From Candidatus Hermodarchaeota archaeon (lineage in GTDB: Archaea; Asgardarchaeota; Lokiarchaeia; Sigyniarchaeales; SOKP01): DNA of 64,000 bases. The stretch is taken from assembly GCA_048885525.1 (NCBI GenBank), contig JBHLLP010000016.1, positions 1-64,000 on the forward strand, given 5' to 3'. This document shows positions 62,693 to 64,000 of this stretch, one piece after another. Every line of letters starts with the position of its first letter. Position 1 is the stretch's first letter. The position numbers and the translations under genes are program-made. The notes below the pieces were generated by a model that saw only the letters and a program-made list of their open reading frames with translations, had not been told where the DNA came from and did not search any database.

Positions 62693-64000
62693 TTAACTTC
62701 TTTTCTTTTTCGTTTTTTCTTTAATCATTCTTTTAAGATTATCAATTTCTTCTCTTTGCTTAGCTTTCTGCAGTTCTTCTTCAAATTTACTTTTTTCTTT
62801 CTCCTTCTTTCTAATTTCTTCTGTAAGTTCTTGCTTGATCTTTATTAATTCTCCCATTTCTTTACGAAACTCTTTAGCTTCGTATTCTAATTTCTCTTTT
62901 TTCTTATTTTCACTTAACTTTTGTTCTTGTCGTCTTTTTTCGATTAAATTTAATACTTCATCTGTAAGTTCAGATACTTCACTAATTGTATCTTTTAATT
63001 TTAATTCTTCAGCTTTTCTACGTTCTTTTTCTAAAGCTCTCTGTTCTTCTAATTGCTTTTGTATAGATTGGATCCTGAGTTCCTCTTTTTTAACCCTCTC
63101 TTCTAAAATTTTTGTGTTTTTTATTTCAGTCTCAATATATTTAACTTCTTCCTCCCAACCAATTTCCTTGAACTTCGAAATTGCAGAGTTAAAATTTTGA
63201 TAAGCCTTTTCAAAATTATGATATGCAGACCACTTTTTACCCTCATCAATAAGTTTTAAGCCATCATCTCTTAGCTTATCAATTTGCTGTCTTTTGAGAA
63301 TTAAATTTCTATATTGCTTTTCTTGTTCTCCTTTTAACTTTTCTTGTTCTAAACGTCTTTTCTTCACCTCATCTTGAAATAAGGCAAGTTCATTTTGTCT
63401 TTGTAATTGAGCTTGCTCCTCTAATCTTTTCTTTTCAAGATAATTCGACTGTTCTTGTTGTAAATCCTTAATTAATGCATTTAAGTTATTTATCTCTGGT
63501 TCCCAACCAATATTTTCCTCTAAGATATGTTTTGCTTGAATATATAAAGAGATTGCTTCATTATAATTTGGGATACGATGTTTCAGATACTTACCTGCTT
63601 CTTCTAATAGAGAATATGCTGATTCTCTAACATTCATCTGCTCTTGAATAAGTCTTTCTCGTTCTTTAAGCGCTAATTGTTGAGCCTCCCTTTTTTCCCG
63701 TTCCTGCCTTTTTCGTTCTTCAATAAGGGCTTCAAGTGCTTTTTCCTCTTCAAATCTTTCTAGCTCTTTTTGATATTTTAACTTTTCTTCTTCTATTTTT
63801 TGATTGCTTAATTTTTTTATTTTAAATATAGTATTATTTATAGAATCAGTAGGAAATTGTAGTTCATTCAAAATAATTCCAGCTTTTCTATAGCACACCA
63901 AAGCATTATCATATTTTTTTTCTTTAAGAAAGAGTTCTCCTTCATCCAAAATCTTGAATGCTTGTTCTTTCCTTTTTTCTAGTTTTAATTTTAATTCTTC
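62693..64000 (-). CDS. Large coiled-coil/TPR-like protein (5' end outside window)
   Basis: Frame stays open to the window edge; repeated A...Y..A...L....W/F units between E/K/Q coils. Confidence 0.75.
   Translation of the reverse strand, partial: EELKLKLEKRKEQAFKILDEGELFLKEKKYDNALVCYRKAGIILNELQFPTDSINNTIFKIKKLSNQKIEEEKLKYQKELERFEEEKALEALIEERKRQEREKREAQQLALKERERLIQEQMNVRESAYSLLEEAGKYLKHRIPNYNEAISLYIQAKHILEENIGWEPEINNLNALIKDLQQEQSNYLEKKRLEEQAQLQRQNELALFQDEVKKRRLEQEKLKGEQEKQYRNLILKRQQIDKLRDDGLKLIDEGKKWSAYHNFEKAYQNFNSAISKFKEIGWEEEVKYIETEIKNTKILEERVKKEELRIQSIQKQLEEQRALEKERRKAEELKLKDTISEVSELTDEVLNLIEKRRQEQKLSENKKKEKLEYEAKEFRKEMGELIKIKQELTEEIRKKEKEKSKFEEELQKAKQREEIDNLKRMIKEKTKKKRS

Noticed and set aside
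2181-63200. Numerous short antisense or overlapping ORFs in the track (e.g. 2181-2726, 18964-19356, 20511-20924, 21353-21631, 24259-24660, 62835-63200)
   Set aside because: Shadow frames of well-supported genes, with no independent motifs.

Overview
AT-rich archaeal chromosome segment, almost certainly Asgard (Lokiarchaeia-like). The evidence is eS30, PDCD5, NOG1 and GPN GTPases, ubiquitin E1/E2, MIT-, PCI- and GIFT-like proteins, a Loki-CTERM-like tail, multi-intron tRNAs and eukaryote-type SECIS elements. It is mostly housekeeping and metabolic genes, with no CRISPR array or intact mobile element. The main result is a tandem pair of selenoprotein selD genes, each with an in-frame UGA(Sec) and a 3'-UTR SECIS. 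The first copy carries a 31-nt frame-breaking insertion (19010-19040) one base after the Sec codon. It folds with the flanks into a bulge-helix-bulge (perfect 4-bp central helix containing the UG of UGA, two 3-nt bulges), and excision at the canonical sites restores G-U-N-C-K colinear with the paralog. This is a candidate tRNA-endonuclease-spliced mRNA intron in a selenoprotein gene. Other notable observations are: recurrent AUA/AUU/AUC initiation (including an unannotated Zn-ribbon gene), tRNA-Trp with 3 introns and tRNA-Tyr with 2, a membrane-anchored alpha-2-macroglobulin with a putative regulator and operator, and a CoiA-like gene split by an in-frame TGA. All pairings and alignments were done by eye.
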